Assembly: GCA_963788655.1 (NCBI GenBank)
Contig: CAWBHS010000087.1
Location: 160,001-224,000, forward strand
DNA length: 64,000 bases
DNA from: an uncultured Verrucomicrobiae bacterium
Lineage (GTDB): Bacteria; Verrucomicrobiota; Verrucomicrobiia; Limisphaerales; JAFGQR01
Direction of reading: 5' to 3'
This document shows positions 29,801 through 40,653 of this stretch, in pieces (within the stretch, counting starts at the first letter, position 1; every line of letters starts with the position of its first letter). The notes below the pieces were generated by a model. That model was not told the origin of the DNA. It ran no database searches and was given only the letters and a program-made list of their open reading frames with translations. Position numbers and translations under genes: made by a program.

Positions 29801-32389
29801 TCCAAAGTGATCGGTTGGGGAATGAAATTACCGAAGACATCGGCGACTCCCGTCACGGTCACGCCGTACCGTTGGCCAAATGGAGCGTTGACGGTGAACT
29901 GCACGGTGCTGGCATTGACCATCGTCGGGTTCGACAACGAAACTGCTGGTGACAGCATGTAATTGGCCGGGTTCAGTGAGGTAGGAGGATCCATCGGTTT
30001 ACTGAACTGTGCCGTCAGCGTGGTCAGCGCAGTGCCGCCTGCCCCGGAAGCCGAGGCCGAGATCACTGCCGGAGGTTCGCCTGGTAAGACGGTCACGGCA
30101 ATTACCGGGCTGTTGGTCGAGCTGGGAAAGTCATTCGTGACCTGAAGAAAGTAATCCCCGGAATCGCTTACTCTGGCCATCGTGCGGGCGAGGGTTGCCG
30201 AAGTTTCTTCCGGCAGTGCCACGTCGTCCTTGAACCACAACAAGTGCGGGTTCGAACCATACACTTGAAACGTGATCGCGAACGAATTGCCCTCGTTCAC
30301 AACAATGTGGTTGGTGGACGGGACCGCCGTGATTTCCACTGGCAGGTTCGTGACGGCGGAATCCCAATCGATGATCAACGCCGGACGCCACTCACGGGTG
30401 GCATTTTCTGAAGTTGGCCAATCGAACCCTCCGTCGGAGCCCGTGCCGGAATTGATCAGGACCCAGCCGTAGTTGGGTTGACCGTCAGCCCAGTTCCGGA
30501 CCGAACTGGAAACGTCCACATCGACGTAACTGTACGGCGGGTGCGGATCGAAGGCGACCACGCTGGCGGCCTCGGCTTCGATGTCGTTGGTGGCCACGCC
30601 GCCATCCAGCGAATTCCAGGTGGAGGAGCTGTCCCAGGACACCCGCATGTTGTGCAGCGCGATGTCGAACCCTGGGTCCTCAACGTAAAACCGCAAGATC
30701 GCTACGTTGATGCGGGCGCCAAAGGGGACTTGGTTGGCAGCTTTGCCAAAGAGGTTGTCAAACCGGATCAGACCCTGGGAATAGGGCATGCTATTGTCGG
30801 TCGTCAGGATGTCATCCGTACCGTGGCTGATGTCAGGATAATCGGCTTCGATCTCGGTATCCACCGTCCCGGCGTAGCCGTCCAGGCCCTGCTGAAATAA
30901 GTAAATCGTGGGAATTTGGACCGGCACCACCGCCAGGCCCGCCAGCGGATTGCCGGCCAGATCTTGCACGTCAATGACGCCCAGCACATAAGGCTGGTCC
31001 ACGTCCGGAGGCATGGTGGTGGTCAGCACCACCTGGCTAAATCCGCCGTTGGTAAACACCAGCGGTTCGGTTGGCAGCACCGTCAGACAATCCGTCCAAC
31101 CGCTATCCGTGCAGACAGCATACTTCATCCGGTCCAGGGCGTTGGTATCCATCTCTTCGGAAAACGTCACGATGATGTTGGTGCGATTCACCTGGCGCAC
31201 CGCGGACAACACGGTAGGAGCATTGGTATCCGGCAAAACACTCACCGTGACCGGAATACTGGTGATGCTATTCGTGGGATTGGACACCACCACGTAATAA
31301 GGCCCCGCATCCAAAAACAGAGCGCGCTCGACAAAATAGGTCGAAGTAATGGCTCCAGAAATGGGGCTGCCCGAATCCGGAGTGCCACGGTACCATTGGA
31401 ACTGCGGGGCGGTGCCGGCCACCGCAACGCTCAAGCTAAACGGATGATTCTCGCACGACGTTCGTGGACATCGGTGGCTGCGTCATCACAATCTCCTCGG
31501 TCGGGCTGTACCTCACTTCGGACAGTTCGATGGCTTCCAGGGCATAGCAATACGTGTTTTCAACTGTGGCCGTCCCACCACCCGCCTTCGGCACGGGCGC
31601 GCCGCTGGCGACCAGCGTGTGGTAGTTCGAACAAATCACCGAAAACGACGTGCCCTCCGGTATGATGCGATCCCAACCGATTACGTCACCCATCCGGTTT
31701 TCGCCGGCGTTAAACGCCGCCTGCAAGTCGGGGATCATCGCGTCGCCGTAAGGGGCCCAGCCGTTGGTGATAATCCCGGGAGATCCCGTGCCCGTCAAAT
31801 GGACCGGTACGGCGCTGCTGGCGCCTTGCAAGGTGACCAGCGTCCAACGGCCCGCATACTGATTTCCCCGCACCATGGTGCCCCGGAACGAATACGTAGC
31901 TCCCGGTGTAAGATTGGTAAACATGAACGTGACCGCCGCATCGTAAGGATTGGCGGCAAAATAGAACGCGCTGGTGTCCCAGTCGATCTTCCCCCCAAAG
32001 ATCAAAGCGGCCGGCGAGCCGGTGTTCGGCCCCCACGTGCTGCCATAGGCGCCACTCACCGAACCGACGACGGTGATATCGACTCCCACTTGATTCGGCA
32101 GGGCCGCGCCGGTGAGAAAATCGGTTAATGGGCCGCCCGCCGTGCCGGGCCCGCTGGGAGAATAGCTGGTCACGTTGGCCGCCGTGCCGGCGCCACGATT
32201 GTAGTCGTTGTAGGCCACCCAATTGGTGGCGGTTTGGGCTCCATGGCCGAAGGGCAACCAGGCCAACCCGGCAGCCAGCGCGAGCAGTTTTCCTTTCCAG
32301 AGGGGGGTGAAGGTTGCGTGCCGGTTTGACCGAATCTCAACGGTGCCGGCGGTGGCTGATCTCAAAGAAACTGCTTGAATACGTTGCAT
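26821..32389 (-). CDS. Paralogous giant secreted modular protein (WxAxND domain, Ig repeats, two DNRLRE-like and two jelly-roll domains, FYR tail), split by at least four frameshifts
   Basis: ORFs 31436-32389, 27169-31434, 26862-27239 and 26801-27103 join into one protein: ...NVVENHPFSLSVAVAG... after removing one base near 31453, ending VPGGFNGLPLNPTGTQRFYRLRR* (stop 26821-26823). Strong RBS upstream of 32389. Confidence 0.78.
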
Positions 32390-32610
32390 GTTGGTTCCTC
32401 CCTCCTCACGTTACACGGCTAGACTCCACAAATTTGAGCGGGTGCGTTGATCATTGGGATTACAGGTTTTTTCGCTCACTGCTGGTAAAGCACCTTACCC
32501 AATTCTTCCGGATAAGCAGCAACTATTTTCAACAAAATCTAAACGGCGCGTTGACTCAAATTAAAAGACACCGGGGGAGAAAATCTGGGGGGAGGCCAAA
32601 GGCGGGAGGG

Positions 32611-32812
32611 GGGTGGGCGCCAAATCCTCGCGCATTAAGCCGCCAAGAGTAGGCAATCATTGGCGGCAACCTTCAGGTTGAGCCGGTATTTCCAGAAGTC
32701 GTCCGATCGACGGCTACTGTGAATACAACGCAAGGCCAAGATGTTTTCGGCACCCGATTCGGACCAGAACATCCCCGGCTGCTTGCAGCGACGGCCAATC
32801 ACGGCCTGCCGC
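32611..32812 (-). mobile_element. Remnant of an ISKra4-like transposase (C-terminus only) with probable right terminal repeat
   Basis: AVIGRRCKQPGMFWSESGAENILALRCIHSSRR..FW matches the R.K..GM.W...GA..L.LR C-terminal signature. Minus-strand atttggcgcccaccc follows the stop codon. Confidence 0.7.
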
Positions 32813-32963
32813 TTCTCCTCAATGTCATCAATCTCCACCTTGCAGCGATGGACTTGAGGGTGATGGGCGGCAGGCGCTCATATCACTCCTGGTTGCGGCC
32901 ACCGGCTCGGGACTTGGCGCGTCGGTTCTTGATCCGCATGGCGCGTCTCGCCATTCTGCCGGC

Positions 32964-35900
32964 GTGAAACGTATCGCCATTTTCTCGCGCTGGTCCGGAC
33001 TGATTGTCACCGTTTTGGCAATGTTCGCGTCGGCTGCATTCCGAGCCGCCGCGCAAACATTGCGTGAGGACTTTTCTTCTTTCACCGCGGGCAGTGACGC
33101 CACACCGGCGTGGGAACCCCAGAGTGTCGGCTGGGAAGTCGTGAATGGCGCGTACGTGGGCGACAGTGGTGTGGCGTTGTGGCGGGCGGTGCCCTTCGCG
33201 TCCGCCGTCACATTTGCCTGCGATGTCACCGTGCTCGAATTGCGCCCGGGCGACTGGTTGACCGTCGGTTTGGGGATTGACGCGGACGACAAAAACTATT
33301 GGGCGCTCAACCTCGTCGTCGCCCCGGAGAACCGGGGACGCCAACACACGACCGAATTGCAGGAAGCGGTGGACGGCGTCTGGCTCGCGCAAAGTCAGGG
33401 CCAAACCCGGCTGAAACGGTTGCCCAGCCAAGGGGACGCCTTCAACTGGCGCCTGCGTCAGGCCTATCGAATGGAGATCAGCCTGACGCCGGGCACAATT
33501 ACGGGCCACATCCTCGACGGAACCAAGGTGGTGGCCCGCTTCGGCTACGAACTGACGGAGGAAGTTACGGCGGTGCGCACCGGGCGTCCGGTCTTGCGGG
33601 TCTCGGGCCTGCGCGCGCGGTTCGACAATGCGGTGGCGACCGTCACCCAAACGGCGCCGGAGCCAGTCGTCGCCCCGCCAATTTTTCCGGCCTGGATTTC
33701 GCGTCCTGGCCAGGCGATTGCGAAGGGCACCAGCTTCTTCGCTACCGCCGAGGTGGACGGGCGCTGGTGGTTAGTGGATCCGGAAGGCAAACCGTTCTTC
33801 GGCGTAGGCACCGACCACGTGAGCTACCGCGGACACTGGTGTGAGAAGCTCGGTTACTCCCCTTATCTGCGGAACGTCCAGGCGAAGTTCGGCAGCGAGG
33901 AGGCCTGGGGCACGAACACCATCGCGCGGCTCAAGGCTTGGGGCTTCAATGAGCTGCCGGTCGGCCACAGTCCCTCCTTACGGCATCGCGGGCTGCCGCA
34001 CATTTTGTTCGCTTCGCTCGGCTCCAGCTTTGCCCGCCGCGAATGGATTTGTGAACCGATCCATTGGACAGGCTTCCCGGACGTCTTCAGCCCGCATTGG
34101 GAGAGCCACTGCCGGATTGCGGCGCGCAAGCTGGCCCGCGAGAGCCGCGGCGATCCGTGGTGCATCGGCACGTTCATCGACAACGAACTGGAGTGGTACG
34201 GGAAACGAGGCCAACTCGTGGACGAGGTTTTCCAGCGCGGCCCACAACAGGCGTCGAAGCAGGCCCTCTGGCGTTGGATGACCAAAGAGTTCGGCCGCGT
34301 AACCGAACTAAACAACCGCCTGGGCACACATTACGCGGATGAAGAGGCGTTCCTTTCCGCCGCGAATGTGCCCCCACCCTCCGCGGCACTCACGCAAGTG
34401 CGCGACGGTTTCCTGGCGCTCATCGCGGAGCGCTACTTCAGCGTTGCGGCCCAGGCGCTGCGGGAAGCGGACCCCGACCATCTCGTGCTGGGCTGCCGGT
34501 TTGCCGGACGAGCGCCGGAGCCCGCGCTGGCGGCGGCGGGCAAATACAACGATGTCTTCACGTTCAACACCTACCCGCGCGTGGATTTCGAGAACGTCTG
34601 GGCACCGGACGGCACCGGCGGCGTAGTGCAACATGTGCCGCGTGAACTGAGCGAGTATTACGCCGTAGTGCGCAAGCCGATGATCATCACCGAGTGGAGC
34701 TTCCCCGCGCTCGACAGCGGTCTGCCCTGCCAGCACGGCGCGGGCATGCGAGTCGATACGCAGGCGCAGAAAGCTGCCTGCTACCGCATCTTTGCCAACG
34801 CGATGGCCGACTTGCCGTTCATGGTCGGCTACCACTACTTCATGTGGGCGGACGAACCGGCACTGGGCATCAGCTCGACCTTCCCGGAGGACAGCAACTA
34901 TGGGCTGGTCAACGAGAAAAACGAGCCTTACCCGACGCTCGTGAACACCGCCGCCGAAGTAAACCGGCAAGCCGCCGTCCGCCACGCCCACAGCACGTTC
35001 TCGGGTGACTTGGAGTTGCGCAAGAAAGGAACCGCGGTCGAAGTGGCGAACCCCAACGCCATCGCGTCGCACGGTTGGTTGCGCGTCAGTGCCGGCGGCC
35101 GCAACCGTATCGAACCGATCTCCCTATCGCCCCGGCAAGTAAAACCGATCGAGCTACCCGCGGGTCAACCCGGCTGCGTGGAATTGCAGAACTGGGACGG
35201 CACTACCCAGCGCTCGATCAGTGGGCGAACGCTGGGGTCGCTTGAAGTGGCAAACGTCTCCGCCGCGATCCTAAACGACGTGCCGGTGCTGCTCGATACC
35301 ACGCAACCCGTCGCGGCGTTGTTAAGTAATTTCGCGCCCGGCCAGACGATCAAATTGGATTCGCCCAACGGCACCTGGACGGAACCTGCTCAGTTCGAGC
35401 TGCGAACGGAAGGCGTCACCTGGTACTGCAATCGCCAAAGCGGAAGTGTGTTTGATCATGTCCAGGCGGGCGATCTGTCCCTGGGCCGGCTGGTATTCGC
35501 TGTCCATTTGCAGGCCGATGGACGCAACGAATGGGCGGAGAGCGACCGTATTCTGTCAGTCCGGACGCAGGAGCAGCGCGACGCGTGGTTGGTCGAGGCG
35601 GTGTTGGCTCGGGGCGATGCCGCATCCGCCGCCAGTTTCCGCGCCGCGGTTCGGCTCGCGGTCTTCAAGCGGGGTGGCTTGGTGCTGGCACGTCCGTTGT
35701 GGGTGGAGAACAGTGGAACGCGCGACTGGCGACTGGCGGAAGTCTTTTGGTTCTGCCGGCCGGCCATCGGTGGGTCGCCGGAGGAAGACGTGTTGGGTGG
35801 CGCCCAAGTGCCGAATTACTATCGCGCCGCGCAATTCTGGACCGACACAAAGCTGGGCGGCTGCTTCGGCGCGCTCGGCCAAAGTCAGGGCTGGCAGGTG

Positions 35901-36107
35901 ACCTTCTGGAAAAGCTCCGCCACGCAGTTTCATCCCGACGCGCGCTTCAGCGTCGAGCAGAACTTGCGACCCGGCGCACGCTGGACGGCGGAGGCGGTGC
36001 CCTACCTTTGGATCTTCGCCGGCCGAGACGCCCAACGATGGCGCGCGGTCGCGCGGTTGGCCGAACTGGCGGCGTCGGCGGTGTTGCCTGGAGACCAGGA
36101 AAAATAG
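32964..36107 (+). CDS. Secreted multi-domain glycoside hydrolase, GH50 (beta-agarase)-like clan GH-A core
   Basis: DGRWWLVDPEG, WGFN, FPDVFSP, FIDNELEW (acid/base), HLVLGCRF, KPMIITEWSF (nucleophile), WADEP, EDSNYGLV; extra N- and C-terminal domains. Confidence 0.8.
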   Translation: MKRIAIFSRWSGLIVTVLAMFASAAFRAAAQTLREDFSSFTAGSDATPAWEPQSVGWEVVNGAYVGDSGVALWRAVPFASAVTFACDVTVLELRPGDWLTVGLGIDADDKNYWALNLVVAPENRGRQHTTELQEAVDGVWLAQSQGQTRLKRLPSQGDAFNWRLRQAYRMEISLTPGTITGHILDGTKVVARFGYELTEEVTAVRTGRPVLRVSGLRARFDNAVATVTQTAPEPVVAPPIFPAWISRPGQAIAKGTSFFATAEVDGRWWLVDPEGKPFFGVGTDHVSYRGHWCEKLGYSPYLRNVQAKFGSEEAWGTNTIARLKAWGFNELPVGHSPSLRHRGLPHILFASLGSSFARREWICEPIHWTGFPDVFSPHWESHCRIAARKLARESRGDPWCIGTFIDNELEWYGKRGQLVDEVFQRGPQQASKQALWRWMTKEFGRVTELNNRLGTHYADEEAFLSAANVPPPSAALTQVRDGFLALIAERYFSVAAQALREADPDHLVLGCRFAGRAPEPALAAAGKYNDVFTFNTYPRVDFENVWAPDGTGGVVQHVPRELSEYYAVVRKPMIITEWSFPALDSGLPCQHGAGMRVDTQAQKAACYRIFANAMADLPFMVGYHYFMWADEPALGISSTFPEDSNYGLVNEKNEPYPTLVNTAAEVNRQAAVRHAHSTFSGDLELRKKGTAVEVANPNAIASHGWLRVSAGGRNRIEPISLSPRQVKPIELPAGQPGCVELQNWDGTTQRSISGRTLGSLEVANVSAAILNDVPVLLDTTQPVAALLSNFAPGQTIKLDSPNGTWTEPAQFELRTEGVTWYCNRQSGSVFDHVQAGDLSLGRLVFAVHLQADGRNEWAESDRILSVRTQEQRDAWLVEAVLARGDAASAASFRAAVRLAVFKRGGLVLARPLWVENSGTRDWRLAEVFWFCRPAIGGSPEEDVLGGAQVPNYYRAAQFWTDTKLGGCFGALGQSQGWQVTFWKSSATQFHPDARFSVEQNLRPGARWTAEAVPYLWIFAGRDAQRWRAVARLAELAASAVLPGDQEK

Positions 36108-36421
36108 AACCGCCACTAAAAGTCTGGGTGACCGAAAGATTCGTTTCTTTACATCCGGATAGCGAGCGGGGCAGCCAAGGGGCGTTTGAGTGGTTCAAAG
36201 TACCACGATCGCTGAACCGGTCTTCGGCAGGTTTTAAATACCCACTGCATTAGTCGAATAGGCTGGCGCATTGGCTGGGGGATGCAGTCCCGCCAACAAA
36301 ACGGCGGAAACACCCATCAGAAGAATTCGTTTCATGTTCCTGGCTTTGGTATTCAGTGATGGTCTCTGTTGCACTGGGAACCTGTCCCCGCCGGATGCGG
36401 CGCGGTTCCGTTTTCACCTGC

Positions 36422-37750
36422 TCAATCTTTCTGGCGCACCGGCTCCGCCGAGAGACAGTAAAGAAGGCTGTCGGTCCGGACGTAGATGGCGGAATCCACA
36501 AACGCTGGCGAGGCGAAAACCGGACCGTCAAGTTGGTTCTCGGCCAGGATGTTTAATTCCTTGTTCGCTTGCAGCACGACGGTCTTTCCCTGCCGGCTGA
36601 AACAGTAGATGCGTCCCTTGGCCAGGACGGGCGAAGCCGCGTAGCTTCCGCCCACGCGACACTTGCCCAGCGTGTCACCGGTCAACGCATCCACGCAGGA
36701 GACGAAGCCGTCGTCGCCGAGGAGATACAGTTCGTGCCCCGCCAGCAAGGGTGACGGCATGAACCCGATCGGCGTCGGGAGCTTCCAGGCCACGTGCGTC
36801 CGGGTCACATCACCCTGTCCATCCACGCGCACGGCCCAGAGTCGCGCCCGACCGTCCAGAACGCCGGTGCTGAGATACACCATCCCGTTCCCATACACCG
36901 GCCGGGGGGCCACGGTTTCGCCCTTCCCATCGTCCACGCGCCAGATTTCCTTGCCCGTTTCCGGCGCGTAGGACACGAGCCATTGGGCACCCGGCACCAC
37001 CATCTGCACCCGTCCGTCCGCCTCGAAGATTAATGGTGTGGAAAACGATTTACGAAATTCGCGAATCGGTGTGCGCATCGGAGGCCGGTCGGTCTTCCAA
37101 ATCGTCTCGCCGGTTTGTTTGTTCAGCGCGATGACATATTGTTGATCCCGCCCGTCCCGTACCAGGATGAGCAGGTTTTGGTATAAAATGGCCGAACTGC
37201 CCGGGCCGTGGTGATGATCCAGCGGAAGCTGGCGTTTCCAAAGAACCTGCCCGGTGGCCGAATCAAGACAGGCCGTGCCGAACGTGCCGAAGTCGCAATA
37301 GAGCCGCCCCGGCTCCACGACGGGAGTGGGCGTGGCGTAGCTGTTGAGGAAATTCACCGGGGCTGGATGGTCCACGGGGAACAGGTCCAGATGATAAAGC
37401 TGTTTCCCGGTCGTCCGCTCCAGGCAGACCACTCCAATGACCACCCGCTCGGCTTGCCGCATTCGATCCGGGCCGTCGGCGAAGGTTCTGACGTCCGTTT
37501 CGAGGGCAGTCGTCAGCCAGATCCGTTCGCCAAGGATCACGGGCGAGGATCGTCCCCGGCCGGGCACGGGCGCCTTCCAGGCGACGTTCTGCGTCGGGCT
37601 CCAGGTGAGTGGCAGGTTGGCGGTTGCTGCTGCAATGCCATCGCCGGTGGGGCCGCGGAATTGTGGCCAGTCACCCGCCCACACGGTCGCGGTCGTGGGC
37701 AGCAACGCGCACCAAAGCGTCACCAATGTTTTTATGGATTGCATGGACAT
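36422..37750 (-). CDS. PQQ-like beta-propeller repeat protein (PVC-expanded family)
   Basis: DWPQFRGP, NVAWK...GRSSPV, YATPTP, TGETIWK, SFSTP, YAASPV, FASPA. Confidence 0.9.
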   Translation of the reverse strand: MSMQSIKTLVTLWCALLPTTATVWAGDWPQFRGPTGDGIAAATANLPLTWSPTQNVAWKAPVPGRGRSSPVILGERIWLTTALETDVRTFADGPDRMRQAERVVIGVVCLERTTGKQLYHLDLFPVDHPAPVNFLNSYATPTPVVEPGRLYCDFGTFGTACLDSATGQVLWKRQLPLDHHHGPGSSAILYQNLLILVRDGRDQQYVIALNKQTGETIWKTDRPPMRTPIREFRKSFSTPLIFEADGRVQMVVPGAQWLVSYAPETGKEIWRVDDGKGETVAPRPVYGNGMVYLSTGVLDGRARLWAVRVDGQGDVTRTHVAWKLPTPIGFMPSPLLAGHELYLLGDDGFVSCVDALTGDTLGKCRVGGSYAASPVLAKGRIYCFSRQGKTVVLQANKELNILAENQLDGPVFASPAFVDSAIYVRTDSLLYCLSAEPVRQKD

Positions 37751-37833
37751 TCTGACGTTTCTACTCCCAAGCTATTCGCTCACCCGCACCGATCATGCCA
37801 CGCGACTCTGGTTTATTATTCTCCTGGCCCCGG

Positions 37834-38856
37834 CTAGAACGGCCCTTTCGGCAGCCGCCAGTCGCGGTTAAAGGGCGGCTTCGCGCGCGGCGGAATCGGA
37901 TCATCGGGCCAATCCTTTGCGTGTTCGGCGCGTTCCGCGTCCGTGGCGTGGAAGCGGAGCCAGACTTGCGTGTCTTCCTCGCTGCCACTGCCGACGAAAT
38001 CGTGGAACCAGCCGCCCATCCGAGAGCGTTTGCCGGGCAGCAAGGCATCATCACGCAGGCCGCTGTCCCACAGCGCCGTGTAAAGCTCGCGGTCGCTGAG
38101 ATGGTCGGTATGGAGGACGTAGAATCCGCGGCAAGCGAGATGATGCAGCAGTTCCCAGAGCTTGGCAGTAAGCGTTTCGTCGGTCAATTCCGCGGGCGGA
38201 ATGGGCGCGGCCCCAGCGCGCTGGAGTTGTTCCATGGGGCGCTGCCAACCTTGGCCGCCTTCCCCACCGGTGATGGCAGCTTGCTCCGCCCGCCGGCGTT
38301 CGGCGCGGATTTCGCTATCGACCGTCTTCAGTCCGAGCGGGTCGTCCTCCACGTCCTCCTCTGTCGGAAACGGATCGTCTTCGTCATCCACGGGTGGCAG
38401 GCCGGGCGGAACGGGCAGCCAGCGGTCGCGGTCATAGGCCGGGTCTTCGTGCAGGGGCAGGGAATCGAGATGGTGTTCGCGGGCGAACTCCAGTCGTTCC
38501 TCTTCGCTCGCAAAGTAGCGCAGCCAAATGATCGGATCGAGCCCATTGTTGAAATCCGTCATGTCAATGTAATCAACCTCCTCCCCTTCTGGCGGGATGC
38601 CGGAGCTTTCGTCCTCCAGCCACTGGTCGTGCAGCCAGGTGTAAAGGTCGCAGTCACTGAGCAGATCCGTATGATCCAGGTAAAGCCGCTGCCCGGCCAT
38701 CGCATAAATGAATTCCCAAAGCCGTCCCGGCAGTTGAAAACCGTCGAGCGCGGCGGGAGGCAACGGTTCATAGCCGAGGTGCCGGAATATCTCACGTGCC
38801 GGCCGCCAATCACCTTCGTCGAACGGGTCCGTGTAGTCAGGCGTCGAGTCGGACAT
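37834..38856 (-). CDS. Hypothetical cytoplasmic protein made of two copies of an unknown ~135-aa domain
   Basis: LWE...HTDLLSDCDLY...WLRYFASEEER...DRDRWLP recurs as LWE...HTDHLSDRELY...WLRFHATDAER...NRDWRLP, joined by an acidic linker. Confidence 0.85.
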   Translation of the reverse strand: MSDSTPDYTDPFDEGDWRPAREIFRHLGYEPLPPAALDGFQLPGRLWEFIYAMAGQRLYLDHTDLLSDCDLYTWLHDQWLEDESSGIPPEGEEVDYIDMTDFNNGLDPIIWLRYFASEEERLEFAREHHLDSLPLHEDPAYDRDRWLPVPPGLPPVDDEDDPFPTEEDVEDDPLGLKTVDSEIRAERRRAEQAAITGGEGGQGWQRPMEQLQRAGAAPIPPAELTDETLTAKLWELLHHLACRGFYVLHTDHLSDRELYTALWDSGLRDDALLPGKRSRMGGWFHDFVGSGSEEDTQVWLRFHATDAERAEHAKDWPDDPIPPRAKPPFNRDWRLPKGPF

Positions 38857-38985
38857 GAACGGTATTGTGGCGTACTGAATAAATTCCGTGAAGCCTTACT
38901 TTCCAGGGCGACCGCGCCCAAATTAACACGGTGAAGCGCTCATACGGGATGAGAAACCTATGTCGCCTCAGAGCGAGCATCGCCA

Positions 38986-40290
38986 TTACGGCGTGGACGC
39001 CAGCGGATCAACGGCAGCTTTCACTTGGACGTTTGCATGCGTGGCTTCCGTAGAAACGGTTTCTGGCTGATGCTTGGTTTTCTCGAAGGTCGGGAAGACT
39101 TCCTGGCCTTCGGCATTCAACATGCGCAGTTTGAAGTGGGTGCGATCCGCTTCCAGGATCATGACGGTGGCGCTTTTCAGTTCCGGGCCGCCGCCGTTGG
39201 CAATGGGATACGCGTTGTTCGCCGCCTCGGCCGGGAGAAATGCCGCCGCGTGTGTGTGGGCATTGATCGCGAGATTAATGTGCGCCTGCGACAGCAAACC
39301 GCCCCACAACGACCGACAAACTTTGTGGTAACCGCCTTTGGGTTTGGTGGGGTAAATGGGAATGTGATGCACCAGCACCCGCCAGGGAGCCGTGCGAAAC
39401 GCGCGCGAATTCAGTTCGTGCTTCAGCCACTCGGTTTCCTCGCGCCGATACGAATCGAAATCCACCAACCCGGAATACGCGGGGTCATCGTCCGATTTGT
39501 CTTCGCCGCAATCGAGCACCAACCACCGCACCGGCCCGGCTGTGAAAGCATAATACGGTTTCCCTCCCGGCCAGGCAAAGAAACGCGGCAGATCACGCGC
39601 GAACGCGCCGCGGTTTTCATGATTGCCCCGCACGAAGAACGCCGGCCGACTGCCCGCCTGCACCCCCTCGGTAAACGCCACCAAATTGGACACGACCTGT
39701 TCCTTGCTGGCGGGATCGGCGAGGCAATCGCCATTGAACAGGGAAAAATCAAACCGCGTATTGCCGACCGCCTGACGGAGTGGCTGGAAGGTCGCTTGTT
39801 TATTGTGCAGATCGTTGAAGATGATGGCGGTGACCTTCTGGTCCCGCGCCGGCAACGTGCGGAAGGCGATTGTTTCCGACTGTTCCTCCGGTCCGAAGAC
39901 CACTTTATACGCGCCAAAGGAGCGAATGGGCTTCCAGACCACGCGATAATAATAGCGAGTTTGGGGAAGCAATCCGTCGAGCACCACGCGGTGTTCCGTC
40001 ACGTTGGCCGTGCGCAGGCCATTGACGGCGGCAGCTTGCTTTTTACCCAAGGCTTCGGTCGCACCGTATTCGACCCAACTGTAGGACGGTTGGTCGGTCT
40101 GCCACAGGAGCGCCACCGATTCCGGCGACAACACCTGCAGATAGGGTGGCACAGTCAGAACGCTGTTGGTGACCGCCGGGGTGGAATTGGCCGTCGCTGT
40201 GGTATTGGTCCCGGTTGCTTCCGCTTGCGCGCGCAAACTTGGACCACCACAAACCAGCGAGATAACGAGAATAAAGAGCGTGCGTTTCAT
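38986..40290 (-). CDS. Secreted metallophosphoesterase with N-terminal FN3/purple-acid-phosphatase-like domain
   Basis: PYLQ...VEYG...H.V.L.GL.P.TRYYYRV, then NDLH, NGD, RGNHE, HHIP and AHTH motifs. Confidence 0.88.
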   Translation of the reverse strand: MKRTLFILVISLVCGGPSLRAQAEATGTNTTATANSTPAVTNSVLTVPPYLQVLSPESVALLWQTDQPSYSWVEYGATEALGKKQAAAVNGLRTANVTEHRVVLDGLLPQTRYYYRVVWKPIRSFGAYKVVFGPEEQSETIAFRTLPARDQKVTAIIFNDLHNKQATFQPLRQAVGNTRFDFSLFNGDCLADPASKEQVVSNLVAFTEGVQAGSRPAFFVRGNHENRGAFARDLPRFFAWPGGKPYYAFTAGPVRWLVLDCGEDKSDDDPAYSGLVDFDSYRREETEWLKHELNSRAFRTAPWRVLVHHIPIYPTKPKGGYHKVCRSLWGGLLSQAHINLAINAHTHAAAFLPAEAANNAYPIANGGGPELKSATVMILEADRTHFKLRMLNAEGQEVFPTFEKTKHQPETVSTEATHANVQVKAAVDPLASTP

Positions 40291-40361
40291 AATGGATCAA
40301 TTCTGGTCAGACGAGGGCCATTCGGCGAGTCTTCATTTCTGGTTCATTTGGAGGCGCTCAG

Positions 40362-40435
40362 CCGTAACGATTCAGTCGCTGGAGCAGTCACCAAACGATT
40401 CGGCGACGTAGGACAGGCATCTCGCCGGTCTCGAA
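40362..40435 (+). repeat. Second copy of the left end and REP arm of the 2856-3060 element
   Basis: ccgtaacgattcag-tcgctggagcag...ttcggcgac-gtaggacaggcatctcgccggtctcgaa aligns with ccgtattcattcag-gctggagcag...ttcggcgcg-gcaggacaggcgtctcgtcggtcttgaa. Confidence 0.7.
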
Positions 40436-40653
40436 TCACCCAGGGCATTCCTCATTTCTGGGTGACGTTGCGAAAGTCTCGGCGCTGTAGTCCAAATCCC
40501 TGGCCCGGTATCCGGTATCTGGCTTCCTGCTGCCGTGTCAGCAAAAAGGCTGCTGGGCAATTTTTGTTAACTAAATCCTCCTGTGTCGTTACCGACTGGC
40601 ATTTTATCCGCTTCGCAAAGTGCCACCTCTGAATACTCGGTACGGCGTGGCCC

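Noticed and set aside
24339..32221. Diversity-generating retroelement template/variable repeat pair
   Set aside because: The two similar segments differ at all base types, largely at synonymous positions, both are coding, and no reverse transcriptase is present. This is ordinary paralogy.
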